Part shown: piece after piece, positions 27,354 through 36,558 of the stretch | How the letters are laid out: each line of letters starts with the position of its first letter | How positions within the stretch are numbered: position 1 is the stretch's first letter | Assembly: GCA_964615775.1 (NCBI GenBank) | Contig: CAZTQB010000004.1 | Span: 4,624 to 68,623 of the forward strand | DNA length: 64,000 nucleotides | Reading direction: 5' to 3' | Source: an uncultured Candidatus Saccharibacteria bacterium | GTDB taxonomy: Bacteria; Patescibacteriota; Saccharimonadia; Saccharimonadales; 2-12-FULL-41-12 | Notes under the pieces: generated by a model | The model's database searches: none | Told to the model about the DNA's origin: nothing | The model's input: only the letters and a program-made list of their open reading frames with translations | Program-made: the position numbers and the translations under genes

Positions 27354-27593
27354 TTATATAATTTTAATAATTATTTTGTGGGTATTACCAAAACTTCTTT
27401 GTAGTCTAAAAATCTGAAACCTTAGTGCATTTGCTGCTGATGCACCTTCTATATAAACAATAAAGTTTTGGCCGGTCATTCTGACTTTTGGAGTTTGGTC
27501 GATATGTTCCTGTACAAATTTTTTAATTTTATTTATTTCTGGCGGCTCAGAAAATCGTGAGTTATTTAGTAAATCGCCCAAAGAGTCTGCCAT
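27354..27593 (-). CDS. DUF721/DciA-like small protein
   Basis: 79 aa. KVRMTGQNFIVYIEGASAANALRFQIFRL resembles the DUF721 core. Low certainty. Confidence 0.4.
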   Translation of the reverse strand: MADSLGDLLNNSRFSEPPEINKIKKFVQEHIDQTPKVRMTGQNFIVYIEGASAANALRFQIFRLQRSFGNTHKIIIKII

Positions 27594-27599
27594 GTAGCT

Positions 27600-27608
27600 A
27601 TTATAGCA
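27600..27608 (-). promoter_or_regulatory. Extended -10 box TGCTATAAT, 6 nt upstream of ATG 27593 (minus strand)
   Basis: The minus strand reads atTGCTATAATagctacATG. Confidence 0.55.
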
Positions 27609-27621
27609 ATTGTGGCAATAC

Positions 27622-27650
27622 TTGATTTTATATAGGATATGTAGTATAAT
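27622..27650 (+). promoter_or_regulatory. Promoter TTGATT-N17-TATAAT, with the -10 box 9 nt upstream of ATG 27660
   Basis: TTGATT at 27622-27627 and TATAAT at 27645-27650. Confidence 0.5.
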
Positions 27651-27659
27651 AGTAGTAAT

Positions 27660-28250
27660 ATGCCAAGGAAGTATCTTTTAACACTTTTAGTTATCGCTAC
27701 TGTACTGTTTGCAGTTGTGCTAATTACAGTTGGTTTTTTTAATAGAGGTAGTTCTAAAAATACGTCTAATGCTCCAAAAACAGCTCAGCAAATTAAGACC
27801 GAGAAAGCCTCTAAGTTGGACTCAGCACGTAAAGTAAGCTTTACGTCCCATGGTCGACTAGTTAGTGATCAAGAACGTCGAGGCATTAGGATAGAGGTAA
27901 CTGCCCAGGAAGTACGACTTGATATTTTAAGAACATATTCTGATGAAGTTGAGTCAACGAAGTCGTTTGAAAACACCAAAGACAGTTTCGATAACTTACT
28001 TGCTAACTTAAGAGCCATTGGCTATGATGCCACAATTGACAGTCGTATAACAGATAAACGAGCGGCTTGTCCAACTAACTGGACTTATGATTATGGTATT
28101 GAATATAGTGACGGCTCAAAAAATAACACATGGTCGACCACTTGTCCAAAAGTCGATGGTACTTTTGGTGGTGATGAGCAAATGGCTATCAAAATAATGC
28201 AAGCTCAAGTGCCAAATTATTACGAACTTACTCGCAGCGTTCAGTTTTAA
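27660..28250 (+). CDS. Hypothetical membrane-anchored or secreted protein
   Basis: N-terminal TM/signal anchor LLTLLVIATVLFAVVLITVGFF. No family motif recognised. Confidence 0.55.
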   Translation: MPRKYLLTLLVIATVLFAVVLITVGFFNRGSSKNTSNAPKTAQQIKTEKASKLDSARKVSFTSHGRLVSDQERRGIRIEVTAQEVRLDILRTYSDEVESTKSFENTKDSFDNLLANLRAIGYDATIDSRITDKRAACPTNWTYDYGIEYSDGSKNNTWSTTCPKVDGTFGGDEQMAIKIMQAQVPNYYELTRSVQF

Positions 28251-28276
28251 CAACAGCCGACGTACGTAAATGGCGA

Positions 28277-28282
28277 TATAAT
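28277..28282 (+). promoter_or_regulatory. -10 box TATAAT, 6 nt upstream of the mutM ATG
   Basis: gaTATAATgagtatATG. No SD. Confidence 0.5.
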
Positions 28283-28288
28283 GAGTAT

Positions 28289-29161
28289 ATGCCAGAATTA
28301 CCAGAGGTAGAAACAGTTAAACGCGGCTTAGAAAGGCTGCTCGTTAGTAAACAGGTTATTGGTGTAGAGTTTGACTGGCCAAAGTCTTTTCCTAACCCAG
28401 CTTCAGAAGTGAATAAATTTTTACTTGGTGCAAGAGTTAGATGCGTAAAAAGACGAGCCAAGGTTTTAATAATCGAACTTGACACAAACTATAGTTTGGT
28501 CACACACCTTAAAATGACTGGCCAGCTAGTTTACCGCGGACAACAGGCTTTTGGGGCAGGTCACCCAAATAATTCTTTAGTTGGCAAATTGCCTGATAAA
28601 TCTACTAGAGTGACACTGTCTTTTAGTGATGAATCTAGATTATTTTTTAATGACCAACGTAAATTTGGGTGGATGCGACTGATCGCTACAACTCTGATAA
28701 AAGAACTAGATTTTTTTAAGAAAGTTGGCCCTGAGCCACTAGAAGACGAGTTTACGTACCAGGTTTTTGAAAGTCGCTTGCAGCGGCGAAAAAATAGCAA
28801 TATTAAGTCAGTGCTACTCGACCAGACTGTGCTGGCTGGGGTCGGCAATATCTATGCCGATGAATCGCTGTGGGGTGCCAAAGTTCACCCTGCGACACTT
28901 GTCAAATATATACCGGTTACTAAGTTAAAAAAGTTATTCACGGAAATAAAGTATATCTTAAATTTATCGATAGAAAAGGGCGGCTCGACAGACAAAAATT
29001 ATGTCGATGCTGAGGGCAAAAGAGGTAGTTATTTGCAATTTGCTAGAGTTTTTCGGAGAGAAAATCTACCTTGTCCAAATTGCCAGACGACGATTATTAA
29101 GATTCGGGTAGCTGGTCGAGGAACGCATGTTTGTCCAAACTGCCAAAGGCAGCCGAAATGA
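28289..29161 (+). CDS. mutM: Formamidopyrimidine-DNA glycosylase (Fpg/MutM)
   Basis: MPELPEVETV N-terminus, an H2TH region, and an intact C-terminal zinc finger CPNC...CPNC. Confidence 0.95.
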   Translation: MPELPEVETVKRGLERLLVSKQVIGVEFDWPKSFPNPASEVNKFLLGARVRCVKRRAKVLIIELDTNYSLVTHLKMTGQLVYRGQQAFGAGHPNNSLVGKLPDKSTRVTLSFSDESRLFFNDQRKFGWMRLIATTLIKELDFFKKVGPEPLEDEFTYQVFESRLQRRKNSNIKSVLLDQTVLAGVGNIYADESLWGAKVHPATLVKYIPVTKLKKLFTEIKYILNLSIEKGGSTDKNYVDAEGKRGSYLQFARVFRRENLPCPNCQTTIIKIRVAGRGTHVCPNCQRQPK

Positions 29162-30090
29162 TCTATATTTTATGTGGTGACAATAGTTATGCTATCAAGC
29201 AAAAACTACTTGAGATAAAAACTGATTTTATCGAAAAATATAGCAATTTACAGATAGAAAATTACGATGGTGTAGTAACTGATATTAACGAAATTACCAA
29301 TTCTCTTAAAGCAATTTCACTGTTTGAGGCTAATAAGCTAGTAATTATTGAAGATTTGTCTGCAAATAGTAGTTTACCTAAGTCGCTAGATGATTGGCTT
29401 GGCCAAGTAGACGAAACTACAATTATGGTCTTGGTTGAGCGAAACATCGATAAACGTAGTAGTACGTATAAAACCTTCAAAAAACAGTCAAATTTTATGG
29501 AATTTAAGATAATTAGCGGCCCAGAACTGACTAATTGGGTGGTAGAACTTGTAAAGCAGAAGAAGGGGAGTATTAGCCGAGCAGATGCCCAGTATTTGGT
29601 GGAGAGGGTCGGTAACCACCAGCTTAGATTGTCTAATGAAATTCACAAACTTTTTGTTTATGAGCCTAAAATTACTAAAGAAAATATTAATTTATTAACT
29701 GAGCCAACTCCTAATAGCACAATATTTAATCTAATTGATAGTATTTTTAGTGGGCGATTGGATAATGCTATGCGGATTTACGCCGATCAGAAAGCTCAGC
29801 AAGTAGCTCCGCAGGCAATACTGGGTATGATTATTTGGCAGATGCATGTAATATGTCTATGTTTGGCTGGCGGAAGAATGACCAGTCAGGAGATATCGCT
29901 ACAAACGGGCGTAAATAATTATGTTATTTCCAAAAACCGAGCCTTAGCCGATAAAATTGGTGTAAAAAATGTCAAAAAGTTCTTAGATTTACTAAGGGAA
30001 ATAGAGATAAAGTCTAAGCATCAGACTTTTGATATGGATAGTGCCATAAAACACATTATTCTTAGACTAGATACTTATAAAAATAAATAA
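29158..30090 (+). CDS. holA: DNA polymerase III subunit delta
   Basis: MIYILCGDNSY N-terminus and overall length typical of HolA. ATG 29158 forms an ATGA overlap with the mutM stop. The ORF is open from 29131. Confidence 0.75.
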   Translation: MIYILCGDNSYAIKQKLLEIKTDFIEKYSNLQIENYDGVVTDINEITNSLKAISLFEANKLVIIEDLSANSSLPKSLDDWLGQVDETTIMVLVERNIDKRSSTYKTFKKQSNFMEFKIISGPELTNWVVELVKQKKGSISRADAQYLVERVGNHQLRLSNEIHKLFVYEPKITKENINLLTEPTPNSTIFNLIDSIFSGRLDNAMRIYADQKAQQVAPQAILGMIIWQMHVICLCLAGGRMTSQEISLQTGVNNYVISKNRALADKIGVKNVKKFLDLLREIEIKSKHQTFDMDSAIKHIILRLDTYKNK

Positions 30091-30097
30091 GGCGAGC

Positions 30098-30430
30098 TTA
30101 TTTTTTCTTGGCAGTAGATTTCTTGGCAGCTGGCTTTTTAGCAACTACTTTTTTGGTAGTTTTAGCAGCTGGTTTGGTGCTATTTTTGGCAGCTTTAGCA
30201 GCTTGGCTTTTCTTGCGAGCGGCTTTATTCTTGTGGATTACATTCTTTTTGGCAGCCTTATCGATAGAACTCTGAGCTTTTTTTAGTGCTGATTCGGTTT
30301 TTTTACCACCTTTTATGGCACTGTGTAGGGCCTTAACGGCAGATTTTAGACCACGTTTAGTTTTTGAGTTGCGAGCAGTAGCCTTGGCAGCTGTTTTGGC
30401 TCGTTTTTTGGCTGATTTGATAATTGGCAT
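30098..30430 (-). CDS. rpsT: 30S ribosomal protein S20 with a Lys/Ala-rich C-terminal extension
   Basis: MPIIKSAKKRAKT...HKNKAARKKS core plus about 30 extra residues (AAKTTKKVVAKKPAAKKSTAKKK). SD AAGGA. Confidence 0.9.
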   Translation of the reverse strand: MPIIKSAKKRAKTAAKATARNSKTKRGLKSAVKALHSAIKGGKKTESALKKAQSSIDKAAKKNVIHKNKAARKKSQAAKAAKNSTKPAAKTTKKVVAKKPAAKKSTAKKK

Positions 30431-30634
30431 ATCTATCCTTTTATTTATTGATATTAAAAGTAATTGTTAGTATAAGCGTTGTCAAAAATAATGTAAAGCG
30501 GTTGAAGTCTAAATATTAAAAATAACAGATGAAAGTTAACTGCAGTGATTTACGGGTTTTGGTTTTGACATATATATAACACTAATGTTAAAATACGAAT
30601 GTTAGGTAATATAAAATAAAAAAATAAAAATATT

Positions 30635-32293
30635 ATGGAAGAAGCAAAGAAACCTCAATCTATCATCAACGAAATTGTCTCAAGCTTAAGAGAAGCTAAT
30701 AATGTCTTGATAACCGTTAATAAAGACCCGTCAATTGATCAATTAACGGCCTGTATTGGACTAACTCTAGCCCTCAACAAAGAGGATAAACATGCCACTG
30801 CAGTATTTAGCGGTGAAGTGCCAAGTGTTATGGAATTTTTGGAGCCAAATAAGACACTAGAGAAAAATACCGACAGCCTGAGGGATTTTATTATATCGAT
30901 AGACCGAGAAAAAGCTGACAAACTGCGTTATAAGGTAGAAGACAGTTTTGTTAGGATTTTTATCACGCCTTACAAGACCTCGATTTCGGAAGATGATTTA
31001 GAGTTCAGCCAAGGTGATTTTAATGTTGATTCTGTCGTGGCTTTGGGTGTTCGCGAACGTTCTCAGTTAGATGAGGCTATTTTGGCACATGGTCGAATTT
31101 TGCATGATGCTACGATTATATCTGTTAATAATTCTGACAACTCTGAGCTTGGCTCGCTGAACTGGGTAGATAGTTCAGCCAGCTGTTTAAGCGAAATGAC
31201 CGCTGAGCTTATAAAACAATTAGATGATAAGGTTTTTGACTCACAAATTGCAACAGCACTGCTTACTGGAATTGTTGCTGAAACCGACAGATTCAAAAAC
31301 GATAAAGTTACCCCAAAGACTATGGATATATCAGGGGTTTTGATTTCTGCTGGAGCTAGTACTAATCTGGTTTCAACAAAGCTTGAAGAGGCTAATGATG
31401 AAGAAATCTCTGAACCGGAACCTGAAGAACCAACTCCAGAACCAGAGGAACTACCGGAACCTGAAGAGCCAAAAGAGGAACCCAAAGAAGAGGTTAAAGA
31501 AACTAAATCTAAAGAGCCAAAAGATAGTGGCGTAATAGAGATTGATCATGATGCGATTCAAATTGATGATTCGGGTAAGTTCCAGAAGATGTCTGATATC
31601 GAGAAAGAACGTCAGGCGATCGAAGAACAAGCAGCACTTGATGCTGCCGATGCTGAGCTTAGGGCTGAGCAGCAAAGCCAGCAACCGCTCGCTGAACTAG
31701 GATCTGAGACATCACAGATGAACGACACGGTTACTTCGCAAGATGAAAGCAAAGGAGATCAGAGTACTATCAATCAAGGCCCGTCGATGGTAATTGAGCC
31801 ACCAACTTTTGGTTCGCAGCTAACTGCAAACTCTGAAAAAGTTGACCAAGATTATACATCTACACCTGATCCACTAGCAGTCAACGATTCTTCGGTTGCT
31901 CATCAGATGAAACGAATTGAGCCAATTGGCGAACATTCAGATGAAACTGTCGATAAAACCACTTTATCGGAGCTTGAAAAATCGGTTAATAGTCCTCACC
32001 TTGAAGACTACAAGCAACCATCGGCAAATTCTGTCGATTTGCCAACTCAGCCTCAATTGGGTACCGAGCCTACAGTGGCATCACCGGTGTCGCCATTGCC
32101 AGATAGTGACTATGCCAGAGATGCGGTAAATAGGGCAGTGCAGGCGTCGAACGATTTTCGACCAGAACCAATTGCTTCACTTAATGCTCAGCCATTTGGC
32201 CAAGACTCTATTCACAACGCTCCGCCTGTTACTTCGGCGGCTAGCGGCCAGAACCCACCACCGCCTGTTCCACCGCCTCTACCGCCACAGTAG
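30635..32293 (+). CDS. NrnA/DHH-family homologue with substituted catalytic motifs, fused to a long acidic, Pro-rich disordered C-terminal region
   Basis: WVDSSASCLSEMTAEL and TGIVAETDRF align with NrnA (WVDTSASSVSEM, GIVGDTGRF). The DHH position reads NNS and motif I reads KDPSID. No DHHA1 GGGH motif. The tail ends PPPPVPPPLPPQ. Confidence 0.6.
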   Translation: MEEAKKPQSIINEIVSSLREANNVLITVNKDPSIDQLTACIGLTLALNKEDKHATAVFSGEVPSVMEFLEPNKTLEKNTDSLRDFIISIDREKADKLRYKVEDSFVRIFITPYKTSISEDDLEFSQGDFNVDSVVALGVRERSQLDEAILAHGRILHDATIISVNNSDNSELGSLNWVDSSASCLSEMTAELIKQLDDKVFDSQIATALLTGIVAETDRFKNDKVTPKTMDISGVLISAGASTNLVSTKLEEANDEEISEPEPEEPTPEPEELPEPEEPKEEPKEEVKETKSKEPKDSGVIEIDHDAIQIDDSGKFQKMSDIEKERQAIEEQAALDAADAELRAEQQSQQPLAELGSETSQMNDTVTSQDESKGDQSTINQGPSMVIEPPTFGSQLTANSEKVDQDYTSTPDPLAVNDSSVAHQMKRIEPIGEHSDETVDKTTLSELEKSVNSPHLEDYKQPSANSVDLPTQPQLGTEPTVASPVSPLPDSDYARDAVNRAVQASNDFRPEPIASLNAQPFGQDSIHNAPPVTSAASGQNPPPPVPPPLPPQ

Positions 32294-32295
32294 GG

Positions 32296-32301
32296 TATAC
32301 T
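32296..32301 (+). promoter_or_regulatory. -10 box TATACT, 8 nt upstream of the truB ATG
   Basis: ggTATACTactgctagATG. No SD. Confidence 0.4.
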
Positions 32302-32309
32302 ACTGCTAG

Positions 32310-33056
32310 ATGATAACAGATGGTTTTTTGCTGATTGATAAGCCCAAGGGCTGGACTTCTTTTGATATTGTTGCCAAGGTTCGCGGTAGCTTGCAGGCCG
32401 AAAAACGCCAACTTCACACTGCTCGAGGCTACTGTAGTGATCCGCCAAAGTCTGGCCAAACGACTAGTAATTTTCGTTGTCGCTGTAAATCCAAGGTCGG
32501 TCATAGTGGCACACTAGACCCTTTAGCTACGGGGCTGATGATTGTATTAGTAGGTAGTTATTGTAAGCAAGCTAGTGAATTCTCAAAACTTAATAAAAGC
32601 TATGATGTAGAGATGAAATTTGGTGTATCTTCAACCACTGGCGATGAAGAGGGTGAAAAGACCTATCAGGCTTGCCAGCAATTCAGTTTAGAGCAAGTCA
32701 AAAAGACTCTCAAAGCCTTTTTAGGTGAGAGTATGCAGACTCCACCAATCTATTCAGCTATCAAAATAAATGGTCAAAAAGCTTACAATTTAGCTCGCAA
32801 AGGCCAAAAAGTTGAATTAGAGCCACGTAAAGTTACTATATATGATATAAAGCTCAAAGATTATTCTTTCCCGGTACTTAGGTTTAGCGTAAACGTATCC
32901 AGTGGAACTTATATACGAAGTTTGGTAGAGGATATTGCAAGGGAACTCGGTACTTTAGGTTATTTGACGTCTCTTCGTCGTACGGTTGTTGGTGAATACA
33001 ATATCGCCAAAGCTGTCGCTATAGGTAAATTTACTTGCAAAAACGTAAAAAAATGA
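32310..33056 (+). CDS. truB: tRNA pseudouridine(55) synthase TruB, with an insertion before the catalytic motif
   Basis: GFLLIDKPKGWTSFDIV and KVGHSGTLDPLATG (catalytic Asp) motifs. They are separated by about 27 extra residues relative to the usual spacing. Confidence 0.9.
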   Translation: MITDGFLLIDKPKGWTSFDIVAKVRGSLQAEKRQLHTARGYCSDPPKSGQTTSNFRCRCKSKVGHSGTLDPLATGLMIVLVGSYCKQASEFSKLNKSYDVEMKFGVSSTTGDEEGEKTYQACQQFSLEQVKKTLKAFLGESMQTPPIYSAIKINGQKAYNLARKGQKVELEPRKVTIYDIKLKDYSFPVLRFSVNVSSGTYIRSLVEDIARELGTLGYLTSLRRTVVGEYNIAKAVAIGKFTCKNVKK

Positions 33057-33093
33057 TAAAATATCGACTACTTATTGCAGTAGATAAAATGAT

Positions 33094-33744
33094 ATGAAGT
33101 CACATATAGTTGGAATTACAAAAAGACAAGATTTTGAAGCATTTGAGAAGAATGCACTTGTAACTTTACCGAACTCCATTAGTGTAGCTAGAGGGGTTGG
33201 TGGTCTTGCCTTAGGTTATCTCATGTTAAGAGGGGTGGTTAGTCCAGGCACGGCGGCCGTTGGGGCTTTGGGTTTGGCTGTATCTGATGCTGAAGGTAGT
33301 CTTATCAATATGGCAAAAAAATGGCCGCAGAAGATTCGTGATGGTTTGCGTATTTGGCCCAGTAAGCAAGGTGTGTATGCAGATGTGGCTAATGACAAGC
33401 TATTTACTGGAGGTGTATTAGTGGGTGGAATATCTGGCGGTTATATAAGTGGAATAGCCGGTTTAATTGCTATTCCAGAATTAGCTACAGTTGCAGCAAC
33501 TGCCTATGCTACCAAAAGGCTTGATAATCCGCCAATTGTAGGCAGGTTTGGCAAACAGGGAATGATTGCCAGATTCAGTACTGTATCGGCTTACTTAATG
33601 GCTAGTGCAGTGGAGAATCCGACCACGTCTGGAATATTAGAGAAGACAGGTCACGTTTCTACAGCTCTAGCTCTTAGCCTAGGTGCATTAAGTTGCTTTG
33701 ATATCTATAGACAAGGTAAAGATGCCGAAGCCATCAATCCATAA
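33094..33744 (+). CDS. Divergent CDP-alcohol phosphatidyltransferase-like membrane protein
   Basis: LPNSISVAR, then SDAEGSLINMAK...GVYADVANDKL, resembles D-x2-D-G-x2-A-R...G-x3-D-x3-D. The G-x3-D-x3-D part is intact and the first part is altered. Confidence 0.45.
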   Translation: MKSHIVGITKRQDFEAFEKNALVTLPNSISVARGVGGLALGYLMLRGVVSPGTAAVGALGLAVSDAEGSLINMAKKWPQKIRDGLRIWPSKQGVYADVANDKLFTGGVLVGGISGGYISGIAGLIAIPELATVAATAYATKRLDNPPIVGRFGKQGMIARFSTVSAYLMASAVENPTTSGILEKTGHVSTALALSLGALSCFDIYRQGKDAEAINP

Positions 33745-33891
33745 CCACTGCCCAAATCAATTTTTGCTAGTATTCTGGTCCGGAAGCTATCTATCTTAAG
33801 AGAATTATCTTGGACTGCTTGATAAATAACAGGGGTTGTGCTAAAATAGCCATAACGCCATTGATCTACTAAACTTAATAATTAAAGGAAA

Positions 33892-34161
33892 TTGATGATT
33901 ACATCTGAGAAAAAACAAGAAATTGTTAAAGATTTAGCAAAAGACACCAAGAATACTGGTGCTTCCGAGGCTCAAGTTGGAATTTTGAGTGCTAGGATTG
34001 CAGAATTGACTGAACACCTAAAAGTGAATAAAAAAGATTTTGCCGCTCGTCGTGGGCTACTACAGATGGTTGGCAAGCGAAAGAGATTGCTCAAATATAT
34101 TGCCGAAAAAGATGGCAAAAAGTACCTCGATTTAATTCAAAAACTTGGTATTCGCAGGTAG
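33892..34161 (+). CDS. rpsO: 30S ribosomal protein S15
   Basis: GASEAQVGILSARIAELTEHLKVNKKDFAARRGLLQMVGKRKRLLKY. Start is TTG 33892 or ATG 33895. SD AAAGGA. Confidence 0.95.
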   Translation: MMITSEKKQEIVKDLAKDTKNTGASEAQVGILSARIAELTEHLKVNKKDFAARRGLLQMVGKRKRLLKYIAEKDGKKYLDLIQKLGIRR

Positions 34162-34173
34162 TTTGATCTGATA

Positions 34174-34201
34174 CTGCTGTTTAGTAAGTCATAAACAGCA
34201 G
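34174..34201 (+). promoter_or_regulatory. Perfect 10-bp hairpin in the rpsO-pnp intergenic region
   Basis: CTGCTGTTTA-(8 nt)-TAAACAGCAG. No T-tract follows. Confidence 0.5.
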
Positions 34202-34404
34202 AAATGAGACCATTTATAATCTCAAGCTTAAAAATTTTACTCACGCCTTAATGAAATGTAATATTAAAACATAAACATTAATAGGAGCTAAGGCTATAAC
34301 TAAGAAACTAACCTTATCGACAGCAGATATATTTACCAAAATAAATAGTCTGAATTGGTAAGATTAGCCCTCTAGCTTTACCCCGTGATAAAGGAAGGAA
34401 AAAT

Positions 34405-36558
34405 ATGTCAATAATAAATCCTTACGGAAAACAAATAACCAAAGTTTCTACCGAGTTATGCGGTAAAACTCTAACACTAGAGGTTAACCGTGTTGGTTTT
34501 CGGTCTAGTGCCAGTGTACTAGCAACTTACGGCGATACAGTGGTGCTTGGAACGGCGATGGTTGGCAATAGTCCGCTTGATCACTTTGACTATTTTCCGC
34601 TTAGTATTGATTACGAAGAGAAAATGTATGCTGCTGGCAAAATTAGCGGCTCTAGATTTATTAAGCGAGAGGGTCGCCCTAGTGATGACGCGGTTTTGAT
34701 TGGTCGCTTGATTGACCGACCGATTCGTCCGCTTTGGCCAAAAGGTTATCGTCATGAGGCTCAAGGTGTAGCTACGATTTTGAGTATGGATCCAGAATTT
34801 CGTCCGGATATGGTAGCTATGATAGCTATGAGTGCGGCTTTTATGCTAACTGGAGCTCCATTTGATGGACCAGTGGCAGGCTTGAGAGTTGGTATTAATG
34901 ACAGTGGTGAATACCAAGCTTTCATGAGCAACAAGCAATTAAATGAAGGCAAGTTAGACATAGTGGTAGCTGGAACGGCTAACGGTGTTATGATGGTAGA
35001 AGCTGGAGCTAGCGAAGTAACCGAGAAACAAGTAGTTGAAGCCATAGATTTTGCCATGAAGGCTATGCAGCCAGCTATTGATTTACAGAATGAACTAGTC
35101 AAAAAAGTTGGTGTAGAAACTCAGGAGTACAGCCTATCTTTACCTGATGAAGCTATTCAGACAGAGCTAGATAAGTGGGTTGACGGTAAATTGGGTCAGC
35201 CCTTAAGAGTCGACTATCCTGAGCGTAACGATCTTATTAGTGATTTGCGTAAGCAAATGGAGGATTATTTTTATGAGAAGCTGGGTGAAGAAGAATTCTT
35301 GCCATTAAAGTCTGAGTATAATGATGCACTGACGCTAGCAATCCATAAAGATGTCAGAAAAGGCATTGTCGAGGATAAAATTCGCCCTGATGGTCGTAAG
35401 TTTACCGACATTCGTACGTTATCGAGTGAAGTGGGACTTTTGCCTAGAGTTCACGGCTCAAGTATATTCACCAGAGGTGTAACTCAGGCAATGAATATAG
35501 TTACATTAGCTCCACTTAGTTATGCTCAAGTTGTCGATACTATGGAGAAAGACGAAGAGCGACGTTACCTGCATCATTACAATGCACCTGGCTGGACAGT
35601 TGGCGAAGTTCGCAGGCTTGGTAGCCCGGGCAGGCGAGAAATTGGTCATGGATACCTGGCTGAGAGAGCTTTGACAGCCGTTCTACCTAGCGAAGCTGAT
35701 TTTCCATATACAATTCGCTCTGTAACAGAGATAATGAGTCAAAATGGTAGCACGTCGATGGCGGCCACTTGCTCGTCAACTATGGCACTAATGGATGCTG
35801 GTGTACCACTTAAGCGACCAGTCAGTGGTATTGCAATGGGGCTGATACTTGATGGCGATAAACCGATTATCTTAAGTGACATTGCTGATGCCGAAGATTT
35901 TGCAGGCGATATGGACTTTAAGGTGACCGGTACTAGCGAAGGAATTACTGCTATTCAGATGGATATGAAGGTTCACGGCTTACCAGTTACTACCTTAGAA
36001 GCTGCTTTAGAGCAAGCTAAAGCTGGACGAGCACACATATTGAATCATATGCTCTCAGTGATTAGTCAGCCAAAAACCGAACTTAGCCCATATGCTCCTA
36101 GGGTAGAGTCTATGCAAATTAACCCTGACAAGATTCGTGAAGTTATTGGCAAGGGTGGCGAGATGATTAATAAAATTATCGCTGAATCTGGTGCTGAGAT
36201 CGATATTAAAGATGATGGGACGGTTAATGTAGCTAGTGCCGATAAAGCTAGTATCGATAAAGCTATGCAGATGATCAGCAATATTGTTGCTGAGCCAGAA
36301 GTTGGTCGAATTTACAGAAATGCCAAGGTGGTTAGTGTATTAGATTTTGGAGCTTTTGTAGAAATTTTGCCTGGCAAAGATGGCTTGGTCCACGTTAGTG
36401 CTATAAGCGAAGAGAGAGTCAATAAGCCCAGTGATGTTGTTAAAGAGGGTGACAGGGTTGATGTTAAACTAGTGGCTATTGATGACAAAGGTCGCTTGCA
36501 ATTAAGTATGAAAGACGTGAAGAGAGAGTTAAATAAAAATGTTGAGAAAGATTTATAA
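34405..36558 (+). CDS. pnp: Polyribonucleotide nucleotidyltransferase (PNPase)
   Basis: Two RNase PH domains, then KH (IREVIGKGGEMINKI) and S1 (VLDFGAFVEILPGKDGLVHVS) domains. SD AAGGAAGG. Confidence 0.97.
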   Translation: MSIINPYGKQITKVSTELCGKTLTLEVNRVGFRSSASVLATYGDTVVLGTAMVGNSPLDHFDYFPLSIDYEEKMYAAGKISGSRFIKREGRPSDDAVLIGRLIDRPIRPLWPKGYRHEAQGVATILSMDPEFRPDMVAMIAMSAAFMLTGAPFDGPVAGLRVGINDSGEYQAFMSNKQLNEGKLDIVVAGTANGVMMVEAGASEVTEKQVVEAIDFAMKAMQPAIDLQNELVKKVGVETQEYSLSLPDEAIQTELDKWVDGKLGQPLRVDYPERNDLISDLRKQMEDYFYEKLGEEEFLPLKSEYNDALTLAIHKDVRKGIVEDKIRPDGRKFTDIRTLSSEVGLLPRVHGSSIFTRGVTQAMNIVTLAPLSYAQVVDTMEKDEERRYLHHYNAPGWTVGEVRRLGSPGRREIGHGYLAERALTAVLPSEADFPYTIRSVTEIMSQNGSTSMAATCSSTMALMDAGVPLKRPVSGIAMGLILDGDKPIILSDIADAEDFAGDMDFKVTGTSEGITAIQMDMKVHGLPVTTLEAALEQAKAGRAHILNHMLSVISQPKTELSPYAPRVESMQINPDKIREVIGKGGEMINKIIAESGAEIDIKDDGTVNVASADKASIDKAMQMISNIVAEPEVGRIYRNAKVVSVLDFGAFVEILPGKDGLVHVSAISEERVNKPSDVVKEGDRVDVKLVAIDDKGRLQLSMKDVKRELNKNVEKDL

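Noticed and set aside
31063-31684. Minus-strand ORFs 31063-31485 and 31451-31684 opposite the acidic EP-repeat region
   Set aside because: They are antisense to the GAA/CCA-rich repeat of gene 30635-32293. The Ser/Gly-rich translation is the mirror of that repeat, and there is no start context.
32212-32517. ORFs 32212-32448(-), 32241-32504(-) and 32335-32517(+) overlapping the 5' part of truB
   Set aside because: The truB frame carries both conserved TruB motifs across this region. The overlapping ORFs arise from the locally GC-richer insertion and have no motifs.
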